From IMG/VR virus record IMGVR_UViG_3300032524_000070: a stretch of DNA of 64,000 bases; one strand, written 5' to 3'. A program made the position numbers and the translations under genes. Of this stretch, positions 19,576-28,144 are shown piece after piece (positions within the stretch are counted from its first letter, which is position 1; each line of letters opens with the position of its first letter). The stretch is from a virus. The notes under the pieces are model-generated. The model saw nothing but the letters and a program-made list of their open reading frames with translations. It was not told the DNA's origin and did no database searches.

Positions 19576-20406
19576 CTACCAGTCGTACTTGCCGCCCCGG
19601 CGGTCGAATCGCTCCTGTCGGAAGTCCACCGACGCCCAGGCCTCCTCGACGCCGACATCAAGGATGGACGGGCCGTAGACGTGCCCTGCTGGCCCACCGG
19701 AGTAGAAGCGGCCCAGCGGGTCGATGAGGGCATAGGAGTAGGACATCAGCTCGTTGGTCTCTGCGACCGGGGCGAGGCCGATGGAGGCCAGGTCCGTGTG
19801 CCGTGCGACCCACGATGCGAACTGCTCGTCGGTGATGAGCAGATCGTCAATGCCGTCGTTCTGCCCGGCGACCGGGAGCACCTGGAACGCCTTCCAGCGG
19901 TCAGGGCGGAACACCCGGATGAAGTCGCTGAAGTCCTCCTGCCAGTTGAAGGCCGTGATGACGCTGTTGAGCTTCACCTTGACCCCGGCCTTGCGGCACT
20001 TGGCAGCCAGCTTGACCATGCGTTCGACGTGGCCCCACTCGCCTCGACCCAGGCGGACTTCGACCTGTTCGTTGAGCGAGTCCAGTGAGAGGCCGACCCA
20101 GTCGAGCTGGTCAGCGCAGGCGTCGAGCAGGGGTTGGAGCCGGGCTCCGTTCGTGACGATGGTGGTGACCATGCCCAGCTCGTGGGAGAGCTGGACCAGA
20201 TCCTTGATGTTCGGGTGGAGGGTGGGCTCCCCGCCGACGAAGGTGATCTTCTCGACCCCGGCGTCCGCAAGCTGGGCGACTACCTGCTCGGTCTGGTCGT
20301 TGGAGAGTCGCCCGTCCACGTCCTTGAACGTGGAGTAGCAGAAGCGGCACCGGAGGTTGCACTCCTTCAACAGGAAGAAGTTCACGGCTGGCGGGAGGGT
20401 GCTCAC
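19576..20406 (-). CDS. Viperin-family radical SAM enzyme (pVip/RSAD2-like)
   Basis: CNLRCRFC, KITFVGGEP, TNG, SLDS, KLNSVI, RWKAFQ, GQND, SYALIDPLGRF, SILDVGV and terminal RGGKYDW, all colinear with viperin. Confidence 0.9.
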   Translation of the reverse strand: MSTLPPAVNFFLLKECNLRCRFCYSTFKDVDGRLSNDQTEQVVAQLADAGVEKITFVGGEPTLHPNIKDLVQLSHELGMVTTIVTNGARLQPLLDACADQLDWVGLSLDSLNEQVEVRLGRGEWGHVERMVKLAAKCRKAGVKVKLNSVITAFNWQEDFSDFIRVFRPDRWKAFQVLPVAGQNDGIDDLLITDEQFASWVARHTDLASIGLAPVAETNELMSYSYALIDPLGRFYSGGPAGHVYGPSILDVGVEEAWASVDFRQERFDRRGGKYDW

Positions 20407-20642
20407 TTCGCGGTCACCTTGACCAGCGGGGTTCCGGGGTTGAGTGCCGTGTCCTCCTCGTCACCTAGGATGCAGTGGGTGGCGTCCACGCTGATGTCCC
20501 AGAAGTCGGTGCTCTTGTAGACCTTGCCCCGACCGATCCTGACCTGACCCTCGTTGGCGGCCAGGATGCTCATGTCGTGCTTCTCGCACAGGGCCATCAG
20601 GTCCCGGGCGAACGCTTCATAGTCGGTCAGGACGCGGGCCAT
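20403..20642 (-). CDS. Hypothetical protein
   Basis: Overlap-coupled within the viperin operon. Confidence 0.6.
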   Translation of the reverse strand: MARVLTDYEAFARDLMALCEKHDMSILAANEGQVRIGRGKVYKSTDFWDISVDATHCILGDEEDTALNPGTPLVKVTAK

Positions 20643-20914
20643 CAGGAGCACTCCGTCAGGGACTCAGGGTGGACAAGCCACCACTCGCCGTGGCGGTCGA
20701 GGCAGCAGGCGTAGCCATGGGTCTTGGTGAAGCCGAACAGGACCATGCGGACGGTGGCACCACGGGGGAACGCCGACTCGATGCCGCCGTTCGTGCCGTT
20801 GACCACCATGCCGGGGGTCAGGTCGCAGCCGGTCGCCGCGTCCACGAGGACGTGGGGACAGTTCTCAGCCTTGCGGCGGGCGTCGAAGCCGAAGTCCATG
20901 GGCAGGTTGATCAT
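20642..20914 (-). CDS. Hypothetical protein
   Basis: Overlap-coupled. Confidence 0.6.
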   Translation of the reverse strand: MINLPMDFGFDARRKAENCPHVLVDAATGCDLTPGMVVNGTNGGIESAFPRGATVRMVLFGFTKTHGYACCLDRHGEWWLVHPESLTECS

Positions 20915-21525
20915 CGGGCCTTCCAGAAGTAGGTGCGGCGGGTCAGACCAGCGGGCCAGCCGTCGCCGTCGTGCAGCTTGTTGCCGGTCATGCTCGCCCA
21001 GTCGAACCCCCGGTGGTAGTCCTCGGGCTTGCCACCCTCGTAGGCGGCTCTGGCCTGGGCGGCTTCGTCACCGGGGCCGATGAGGATGGGGCCTTCCGAG
21101 ATCAGGGGATCAGCCTCGTTCGGGTCCCACATCAGGAGCAGGCGGGCACCGGGCACCGGCTTGGGGAGGGGGGCCACGTCGCAGGAGGTGAAGGGCACCG
21201 GCTTCATGGGCTCCCAGCCCTCGGGCAGCACGGTCGCCAGCACGCGGTCGATGACGTACTGCGGCTGGTTGCTGATGGCGAAGTCCCGCTGACCCTGCTC
21301 GACGTGCCACTTCATTCGGCGAAGTCGGGCCTCGACTGCCGCCTTGACCACTTCGGAGGTGTCGTCCATCAGAACGACCACGCTCGTCGGCAGGTTCGTG
21401 GGCCAGTGGGCGGACCAGTCCGCGTTGGCAGCGAGGGCCGCAGCAGCCTTGGTCAGCATTTCGTCGAGGTTGATGAAGGCCCACTCGGGGATGGCCTTGA
21501 TCTGCTTCTGTTCGGCTTCGTGCAT
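20911..21525 (-). CDS. Hypothetical protein, first gene of the viperin operon
   Basis: GGAG RBS; promoter motif at 21541..21568. Confidence 0.65.
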   Translation of the reverse strand: MHEAEQKQIKAIPEWAFINLDEMLTKAAAALAANADWSAHWPTNLPTSVVVLMDDTSEVVKAAVEARLRRMKWHVEQGQRDFAISNQPQYVIDRVLATVLPEGWEPMKPVPFTSCDVAPLPKPVPGARLLLMWDPNEADPLISEGPILIGPGDEAAQARAAYEGGKPEDYHRGFDWASMTGNKLHDGDGWPAGLTRRTYFWKAR

Positions 21526-21540
21526 GGTGTCTCCGGGGCT

Positions 21541-21568
21541 ACTACGGGGTGGGTCGGGAGTCTGAGCC
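21541..21568 (-). promoter_or_regulatory. Phage promoter GGCTCAGA-N14-CGTAGT
   Basis: One of 7 copies with exact spacing. Confidence 0.8.
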
Positions 21569-21569
21569 G

Positions 21570-22151
21570 CTACCAGCGACGGTAGCTGCTGCGGTTCCCG
21601 CTGTAGCCGCCCCGGCTGGGCCGCTGGTAGCTCTGGTTGCTGCGGGTCAGATCGTCTGTCGTCTTCCAGCAGAGGTCGGCACAGACATCGTTGCCGCCGG
21701 TCTTGATGCCCGTGTGCTTGTTGGTGCGGACCTTGCTCACGAACTTCGGGGCTCCGCAGTGGCAGACCGGGACGCCCTTCACGGTCGCCCAGCAGTCCCG
21801 CATCCGCAGGATGACCCGCTCGGTGATGGCGTCGATGATGCCCGTGCGGTTGACCCGCTTCTCAGCGGAGGCGATGCCTCGCTCACGACCATCGCGGGCG
21901 GCGTAGACCGCGCAGACCCGGATGGCGTCCTTGGCGACCGCTCGGGTCATGTCGCCTTCGATGGTCGAGTAGACCAGCACCCGGATCTTGCCGTCCGTGT
22001 TCGGGACCTCTCGGGCGAACACCCGTTCCTTGGTCCCCTCGATGCGGACTTCCAGGAAGAGCGCCCTTGCGAACAGGGCCAGCAGTTCGGTCGCCAGCGT
22101 GCGACGGTGGTCTCGGTCGCGGGGGTCGTACTTGCTCGTCGGGTTGGTCAT
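21570..22151 (-). CDS. Hypothetical protein with Cys cluster
   Basis: MTNPTSKY start after GGGAG; promoter at 22182..22209. Confidence 0.65.
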   Translation of the reverse strand: MTNPTSKYDPRDRDHRRTLATELLALFARALFLEVRIEGTKERVFAREVPNTDGKIRVLVYSTIEGDMTRAVAKDAIRVCAVYAARDGRERGIASAEKRVNRTGIIDAITERVILRMRDCWATVKGVPVCHCGAPKFVSKVRTNKHTGIKTGGNDVCADLCWKTTDDLTRSNQSYQRPSRGGYSGNRSSYRRW

Positions 22152-22181
22152 CGTCTTGCTCCCTGTCGTTCGTCCACCTCC

Positions 22182-22268
22182 ACTACTGACGGGGTTATGT
22201 TTCTGAGCCCCAAATCGCAGATAGTTTCCACGAAAATGAGGGCTCAGAACGCAGGGCACGTCAGTAGT
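22182..22268. promoter_or_regulatory. Divergent pair of GGCTCAGA-N14-AGTAGT promoters
   Basis: 22182..22209 (-) and 22241..22268 (+), forming an imperfect inverted repeat. Confidence 0.8.
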
Positions 22269-22288
22269 AGGGGTGGACGGAGAACACG

Positions 22289-22483
22289 ATGGACTGCCGA
22301 ACACGAATCCAGATCCCACGCACCCGTGAGGAGACCCTTCAGCTCTTCCTCGACGCGGACGAGATGCGGGATGAGGCCAACGACTGGCACCCGGACGTGG
22401 ACGGCCTCCACGACGACGCGGACACCTTGACGGCGATGGCCCACACGGTCATGGCGGCGAACAAGTGGGAGTACCCGGCCTGA
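22289..22483 (+). CDS. Small hypothetical protein
   Basis: GGAG RBS; coupled to next gene. Confidence 0.55.
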   Translation: MDCRTRIQIPRTREETLQLFLDADEMRDEANDWHPDVDGLHDDADTLTAMAHTVMAANKWEYPA

Positions 22484-23871
22484 TGGCACGACGACCCCGA
22501 ACGCTGGTGATCTTGAGCTACGGCCTTGGCTGGGACAGCACCGCCATCCTGGTCCGCTGGCTGCTCGATCCATCCAGCCGAGACTTCGACCTCCGCGATC
22601 TCATCGTCGTCACGGCGATGACCGGGGACGAGTTCAAGTCGATGGGCGTCCTGGTCGAGAAGTACATCCTCCCCCTGATGCGAGCCCACGGAGTCCGCTT
22701 CGTTCAGGTAGCTCGCGGCGGGGCCAGCACCCACGACGGCGTGACCATCCTCGACGACTCCCGCTCCCCCACGAAGGTTCACCTCGACGGGGTCTACAAG
22801 CTCTCCGACGAGATGCTTGAGTCCGCCACCGTCCCGCAGTTCGGTGGTGCCCGGCTCTGCTCGCAGAAGCAGAAAGGCGTCCCCCTCGACTTCATCATCG
22901 ACAAGCTGACGCAGGGCCGACCGTTCCGACACGTCATGGGCTTCAACGCCGACGAGTTGAACCGGGTCGCCCGCGACGCCAGCTACTCCACCGTCACCCG
23001 CAAGTCCGAGTACCCGCTGGTCACCTGGGGCTGGGGTCGGGCGAAGCTCTCTGAGTACGTCCGGGACTCCCTCGGGGTCGAGTGGGAGAAGAGCTGCTGC
23101 ACCTTCTGTCCGTTCGCTGGCTCCTGCAAGGCAGAGAAGATGGAGGCCCTGACCTCTCGGTACACCGCCGAGCCCGAAGCCGCCGTGCTGGCCCTGACCA
23201 TCGAGCGTCGGTCCCTGGCGATGAACGTCCGGCAGCCCCTCTTCGCCAAGACATCCCTGTTCGACGTGCTGGAGCAGACCGACCCCGCGCTGGTCGCCCT
23301 GTTCGAGGCCGACTGGAACTCCGCTCCCGACTGGAGCCTCTACCGTGTCCGCCGCAGCTTCCGTGGAGTCGGGCAGGCCGTTCGCAGCCTGGAGTGCATC
23401 AAGTGGGGGTCGAAGGCCCGGATGCTGGCGGAACTGGCGACCCACGGCGAAGTCGAGTGGACCCACGGTTCGCCACGGGTGCTCGTCCAGCGCAAGGTCG
23501 AGGACGTGTTCCCGGTCAACGAGGACATGTACGTCGTCGCCCCGGCTGGTGTGACCCCGAAGACCAACGCGATGTTCGACGCCTACTGGGTCCGCACCGG
23601 AGAGGTCGAGGCAGCCCGAGCCGCAGGGGCCGATGAGCCTTGCCCGAAGGCACGGGCGATGGGCTTCGTGCTCCGGTACGTCGTGACCCACGCGGCCAAC
23701 ACCTTCACCAAGGGCGATGTCCAGCGAGCCGCAGGAGCCTCCGGGGTCTTCACGGCAGAGGCAGGGGACGCCTTCAATGAGCTGAAGGCCGAGGGCCGGT
23801 TCGGCAAGGTCGGCAAGCGCATGACTCTGGCCCCCGCCGCCTGGGGCTCAGTCACCTCCCCATCCCCGTAG
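22483..23871 (+). CDS. PAPS-reductase-like (PP-loop) protein
   Basis: SYGLGWDST, CSQKQK, GFNADE..R, YPLVTWGW, KSCCTFCPF. Confidence 0.72.
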   Translation: MARRPRTLVILSYGLGWDSTAILVRWLLDPSSRDFDLRDLIVVTAMTGDEFKSMGVLVEKYILPLMRAHGVRFVQVARGGASTHDGVTILDDSRSPTKVHLDGVYKLSDEMLESATVPQFGGARLCSQKQKGVPLDFIIDKLTQGRPFRHVMGFNADELNRVARDASYSTVTRKSEYPLVTWGWGRAKLSEYVRDSLGVEWEKSCCTFCPFAGSCKAEKMEALTSRYTAEPEAAVLALTIERRSLAMNVRQPLFAKTSLFDVLEQTDPALVALFEADWNSAPDWSLYRVRRSFRGVGQAVRSLECIKWGSKARMLAELATHGEVEWTHGSPRVLVQRKVEDVFPVNEDMYVVAPAGVTPKTNAMFDAYWVRTGEVEAARAAGADEPCPKARAMGFVLRYVVTHAANTFTKGDVQRAAGASGVFTAEAGDAFNELKAEGRFGKVGKRMTLAPAAWGSVTSPSP

Positions 23872-23872
23872 T
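23845..23872 (+). promoter_or_regulatory. Promoter GGCTCAGT-N14-CGTAGT
   Basis: Matches consensus; AGGAG and ATG 23883 follow. Confidence 0.7.
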
Positions 23873-23882
23873 CAGGAGCAAG

Positions 23883-24104
23883 ATGCCCAAGCCCACCGCA
23901 GAGCAGATGGAACGAATGACCCGTTGGGCAGCTCGGTGGTGGGCTCAGTGCTTCAACGAAGTCCCGCCCCGCCATCCCCTGCGCGAGCTGCACGCTCGCG
24001 CCTACGGCTTCTGGATGGACCGCACTGACCCGCTGCTGGCTCTGGACCTCGACGCGCTGTACGCGAACACCGAAGCGGTCCTGGCCAAGCACGAGTCGGC
24101 CTAG
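23883..24104 (+). CDS. Hypothetical protein
   Basis: Promoter and RBS upstream. Confidence 0.6.
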   Translation: MPKPTAEQMERMTRWAARWWAQCFNEVPPRHPLRELHARAYGFWMDRTDPLLALDLDALYANTEAVLAKHESA

Positions 24105-24490
24105 TCCTCCATGCCCGGTGGGGGCGTGTGCTCCCGCCCGCTAGGCATCCGCAGAGGGCCGGGAGGGTGAACCGGGCCTAGCTCCGTCTCCCACCAGGTA
24201 TTCACGTCCTCCAGGTCGAGCATGGCGTACAGGTCGTCGGGGAGGCTCCCTAGGCCCGGTTCGATGAACCACTCGCCCTCGTACTCCCCCTGCGACCGGA
24301 AGGCGTGCAGGGCGTCGTGGACCCGCTTCTCGCGGGTGCCTTGATTCTTGACCACCAGAATGATCTTGAGCTTGAACGGGGAGCCCACCTGAAGGTCACG
24401 GAGTCGTCGCTCAGGGTTTGACGACCGCCCGACCTTGAAGGCTCCCGTGCAGAAGGACTGGATCAGGTAGAGGTGCTCGCCGCCGATCAT
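24101..24490 (-). CDS. T5orf172/GIY-YIG-like domain protein
   Basis: LYLIQ...FKVGRSSNPERRLRDLQVGSP...EKRVH...GEWF. Confidence 0.8.
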   Translation of the reverse strand: MIGGEHLYLIQSFCTGAFKVGRSSNPERRLRDLQVGSPFKLKIILVVKNQGTREKRVHDALHAFRSQGEYEGEWFIEPGLGSLPDDLYAMLDLEDVNTWWETELGPVHPPGPLRMPSGREHTPPPGMED

Positions 24491-24864
24491 CCCTTGAGGC
24501 TCTTGTCGTCGTTCAAGACCTTCCACATGCCGATCTGCCAGTCGAGGCCGCGCACACGAGCATCAAAGTCGTGCCGTTCATCCTCCGTCAGGTTGCCCGT
24601 GTCGGCGATGGTGTCGGTCTGAGTGAGGATGGCCTCCTGTTCCTCATCCCACCCGTCGAAGTCGTCCGCCTGGTGCCGCCCCCAAGATCGACGGAGCAAC
24701 TTGACCATGAGGGCCAGGCGTTCACGGGCAGGAGGGCTCAGCTCGATGGCAAGGAGTCGGGCCAGCTCAGGCTCTCGACGCGCCTGTTCCGCCGGGTTGC
24801 GAGACCACCGTAGAGCCATGACCTCCCGTGCGAGGTCATCGTAGTCCTGCCTGCTGTCGGTCAT
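24487..24864 (-). CDS. Hypothetical protein
   Basis: Overlap-coupled. Confidence 0.55.
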   Translation of the reverse strand: MTDSRQDYDDLAREVMALRWSRNPAEQARREPELARLLAIELSPPARERLALMVKLLRRSWGRHQADDFDGWDEEQEAILTQTDTIADTGNLTEDERHDFDARVRGLDWQIGMWKVLNDDKSLKG

Positions 24865-24867
24865 CAG

Positions 24868-25044
24868 CTACTCCCTGGAGACGTGTGGCTCCGGGAGGGG
24901 CTTCCCCGTCTCGTCGATCTGCCCCCAGCCGTAGGCCACGGCCAGGATGTTCGGGTGGGTGTGGCCCCGGGCCGTCCAGTAGGAGGGGTTCTTCGGGTCG
25001 GCCTCGGCCTGGGCCTCCTTGCGCTTCTTCCACCAGCCGAACAT
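24868..25044 (-). CDS. Small hypothetical protein
   Basis: MFGWWKK after GAGG, coupled to thyX stop. Confidence 0.5.
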   Translation of the reverse strand: MFGWWKKRKEAQAEADPKNPSYWTARGHTHPNILAVAYGWGQIDETGKPLPEPHVSRE

Positions 25045-25943
25045 CACCTCTCCCCCAGGAGGCGTTCGAGCTTCGCCAGCAGCTCTGCCTTCTCCCGGCC
25101 CTTGCCGAGGCCGGACGCTTCGACGGCCTCTTCCTTCCAGTCCGCGAGGACATCCTCGATGGAGGGTCCGTTCGATGCCACCTGTCCCGCTCCGTAGCTG
25201 ATGAGCTTGCGGAGGGCATCCACGTCGAACCGGGACAGGTACATGCCGTTGAGCCGGTAGTCCTCGAACGCCTCCCAGGCCCACGGCACCCAGACCTTCA
25301 CGATCTCGGCGATGGCGATGGCGTAGGAGCGGATCTCCAACTGCGCGTGCGGGTCGAGCCGGAGGGAGAGGAAGTGGAAGAGGTTGTGGAGATCCTGGGC
25401 CCACACCTTCTTGGTGTAGATGTTCACGGGCAGGGCACAGCGGGCGATCTCTCGGGCCACTCCCGCGTCCAGGGATGCCTCGTAGCTCTTGTAGGCCGAT
25501 GTGCAGGTGTCCCGCAGGCGGTTGCGGTACGCCTCGACCGCCTGCTCTTCCATCAAGTCCTCCCGTCCTTGCTTGTTGGTGGCCGACTGAGCGCGAACGT
25601 CATCGGGGGCTGGGATGTAGAACTCCGAGGGGAGGATGCTGTACCGGGCCGACATCTCGTTCAGCGACGCCATGCGATGACGGACCCACTGTCGTTCCAC
25701 GAAGATGGGCAGCTTGACCTCCAGACGGATGCGGCACTGCTCGAACGGAGATGTGTGACGGCAACGCAGGAGGTACCGAAGCAGGTGCCTGTCCCCACTT
25801 GTGCGACGGGTACCCTCGGCATAGCTGACGCGGGCGGACTGGACGATGGTGTCGTCATCCCCCATCACGTCCAGCAACATGATGTAGCCGTGGTCGAGCA
25901 GTTTGATGGGCTCCGCGAAGCGTTCAAGATGAGCTGGGATCAT
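25044..25943 (-). CDS. thyX: Flavin-dependent thymidylate synthase
   Basis: SARVSY, HTSPFEQ, RHRMASLNEMSARY (RHRX7S), REIAR..LP, LRLDPHAQLEIR. Confidence 0.93.
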   Translation of the reverse strand: MIPAHLERFAEPIKLLDHGYIMLLDVMGDDDTIVQSARVSYAEGTRRTSGDRHLLRYLLRCRHTSPFEQCRIRLEVKLPIFVERQWVRHRMASLNEMSARYSILPSEFYIPAPDDVRAQSATNKQGREDLMEEQAVEAYRNRLRDTCTSAYKSYEASLDAGVAREIARCALPVNIYTKKVWAQDLHNLFHFLSLRLDPHAQLEIRSYAIAIAEIVKVWVPWAWEAFEDYRLNGMYLSRFDVDALRKLISYGAGQVASNGPSIEDVLADWKEEAVEASGLGKGREKAELLAKLERLLGER

Positions 25944-26568
25944 TCTCTGCCTTCTCTTCCGCGCGTCTTCGCTGTTGTCCTTCACGTAGACGCTGTCGAT
26001 GTTCTTCGGTGATTGCGGGTGGCTTCTTTCGGGTGGGGTGCTTCCGCCCGATCATCGCCTGCCGCAGCTTTTCCCTGGTGGCGTCACTACAGGCCTTACC
26101 CATCTTCTTGTAAGAAGGGTGCCCCTTGATGGCCTTACTGATGTTCGCGTTGTGCTCTGGGGTGTTCTTCCGCCCCTTGTGGGCATCGGACATTCTCTGC
26201 CGAGTCTCTGCCGATGCCTTCCGGCCCAGACCGGCTTTCCGCAGCTTCTCCCGAGTCTCATCCGAGACAGGCAGATGCCAGACACCATCCCCGCCGAGGG
26301 TCAGGTTGTAGCCCCCTTGTGATACGTGCGTCTGGTGTTCTCGAATGGCTGCCATCTCCCCAGCCTTGAGCAGGTCGATGTCAGTGATCTCGATGAGCAC
26401 CTGGACATCGAATGAAGGCCACCCGTACTTTCGGATGGCCTTGTGGATCAGGAACGGGCTGCCATTCCGGGCCAGACTACGATGCTCCTTGAGCCGTTTC
26501 GGCAGGCTCATCGTGATCCCGATGTACGCCTTCCCGTGGGGGGCGACCAGCTTGTAGATGCAGCCCAT
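25924..26568 (-). mobile_element. GIY-YIG homing endonuclease with NUMOD3 repeats
   Basis: CIYKL...AYIG, GYNLTLGGDG, SDETREKLR repeats; atypical codons; TTGGAA-17-TACCTT then ATG 6 nt later. Confidence 0.85.
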
Positions 26569-26683
26569 ACCGGCAAGGTACACCCGACCCGTCTATCTTC
26601 CAATGGCTCTCCGAATGCGGGGTGGTGTTCTGTCTATACCCGCAGGACTTGTAGAACCACTCGCCCTGCGTTGGAGGACGAAG

Positions 26684-26956
26684 ATGAACCCCAAGTTGAT
26701 GGACCTCGCCTTCAAGGTGCTGTCGATCCTGGTGATCCCGCTGCTCCTGTGGGGCGTCAAGCTGGAAGTCGGCAACGCTGTCCAGAACGAGAAGATCACG
26801 GTGCTGGAGAACGAGGTGGCCGCTGCCAAGGCCATCAAGGATGGCGTCATCGCCAACACGAACACCCTCGGCAGGGTGGAGGAGAAGCTCGATGCGACCA
26901 ACAGGCGGCTGGACGACATTCGCTCTGATCTGCGTCGGGGTCTGCCTCCTCAGTAG
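26684..26956 (+). CDS. Single-TM coiled-coil protein (i-spanin or holin-like)
   Basis: GGAGG RBS; one N-terminal TM segment then coiled coil. Confidence 0.55.
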   Translation: MNPKLMDLAFKVLSILVIPLLLWGVKLEVGNAVQNEKITVLENEVAAAKAIKDGVIANTNTLGRVEEKLDATNRRLDDIRSDLRRGLPPQ

Positions 26957-27515
26957 TTGCGGAGGCAGTGACTCGCTGCCGGAGCCGATGGTGGAGAACG
27001 TGGAAGATGACGGCTATGCCCTCATGGACACGGCGGACTCCTACGTCGAGTCGTCGGGGATGATGACCGTCACCACCATCCCTGGTGACGACGACTCAGC
27101 CGGTGGCGATGACGACGACGACTCAGCTCTCCCGCTGCTGGTCACGAACGTCGAGGACGTGGCTGCGGCCTGGGGCGTGGAGCTTGCGGTCATCAAGGCG
27201 AAGTCAGAGCCCATGGTGTCGCTTCAGGTGGCAGAGGGGGCCATGCGGAAGCAGCAGGTCCAGGTGGAACGTACCGGCGTGAAGATGACGGGTCTGGATG
27301 AGGGTGTCGAAGACCTCGGAGCCCTGATCAGGGCCAGCCGCTTCGCTCGTCTGGACACCTACGCACAGAAGTACCACTGGAAGACGGAGGCCCCGAGCCA
27401 GTGGCTCACGGAACACCCCGAGAAGCTGGAGTGGTGGAAGGAGTGGGTGGACCTGAAGCCGGAGGCCGATGCTCTTGCACTCACTCGTGCTGCTGGTGAG
27501 GTGCCTGGTGACTGA
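26892..27515 (+). CDS. Lipoprotein overlapping previous gene (o-spanin-like)
   Basis: LLSSC lipobox; 65-nt overlap; DDDSAGGDDDDDSA tract; coiled coil. Confidence 0.5.
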   Translation: MRPTGGWTTFALICVGVCLLSSCGGSDSLPEPMVENVEDDGYALMDTADSYVESSGMMTVTTIPGDDDSAGGDDDDDSALPLLVTNVEDVAAAWGVELAVIKAKSEPMVSLQVAEGAMRKQQVQVERTGVKMTGLDEGVEDLGALIRASRFARLDTYAQKYHWKTEAPSQWLTEHPEKLEWWKEWVDLKPEADALALTRAAGEVPGD

Positions 27516-27738
27516 GCCGACCAAGCGCGAGATCCAGGCGGCTTTCGGGCAACGGGTCTACGAGTATCACGACGATGAGGGCACGGTGTACTACTCGTTC
27601 ACCCAGGCCCCGAACATCATCTCGCCTCCGAAACGGCTCAAGATGCAGGACCGGATCGGCGTCCATCTGAACAACTTCCTGACGCGGCTTCGGCGATTGA
27701 GCGAGTCAATGCAGATGTCGGAAGGGGACGACGGGTAG
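27508..27738 (+). CDS. Hypothetical protein
   Basis: GAGG RBS; GTG start. Confidence 0.55.
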   Translation: MTEPTKREIQAAFGQRVYEYHDDEGTVYYSFTQAPNIISPPKRLKMQDRIGVHLNNFLTRLRRLSESMQMSEGDDG

Positions 27739-27779
27739 GGTGCTCCGCGTTTAGCGAACCCCTCTCCCGGAAGAACACC

Positions 27780-28130
27780 ATGAGCGACAACGGCACCCCC
27801 CAGCAGCCCCCGCAGCCCCACATCTTCGGTGAGGTCGAGCCCGATGAGCTTCAGCGCCTTGGTGGTCTGAAGCAGCAGGCGGACGGCATCATCCACCAGC
27901 TCGGCATCAACCGGGTCAACGAGCACCGGCTCATCATGCAGCTCAGCCAGTGCGAGCAGGCGACCAACGCCATCGTGAAGGTCGCGGGCGACCGCATGGG
28001 CATCCCCGATGGCACCGCCTGGTCGGTGACCAGCGACGGCAAGGCTGTCTCGGTCGGTCCGCAGCCGCGCCCCACCCTTGCCGCCGTCCCGACGCAGGAC
28101 GCGGAAGAGAACAGCCCGCCGGAGGCGTGA
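27780..28130 (+). CDS. Hypothetical protein
   Basis: Typical codon usage. Confidence 0.6.
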   Translation: MSDNGTPQQPPQPHIFGEVEPDELQRLGGLKQQADGIIHQLGINRVNEHRLIMQLSQCEQATNAIVKVAGDRMGIPDGTAWSVTSDGKAVSVGPQPRPTLAAVPTQDAEENSPPEA

Positions 28131-28144
28131 AGGGCAGGGAGTAG

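Noticed and set aside
25924-26640. Group I intron or intein in thyX
   Set aside because: ThyX motifs are contiguous; the GIY-YIG gene lies upstream and overlaps only the start; no intron core seen
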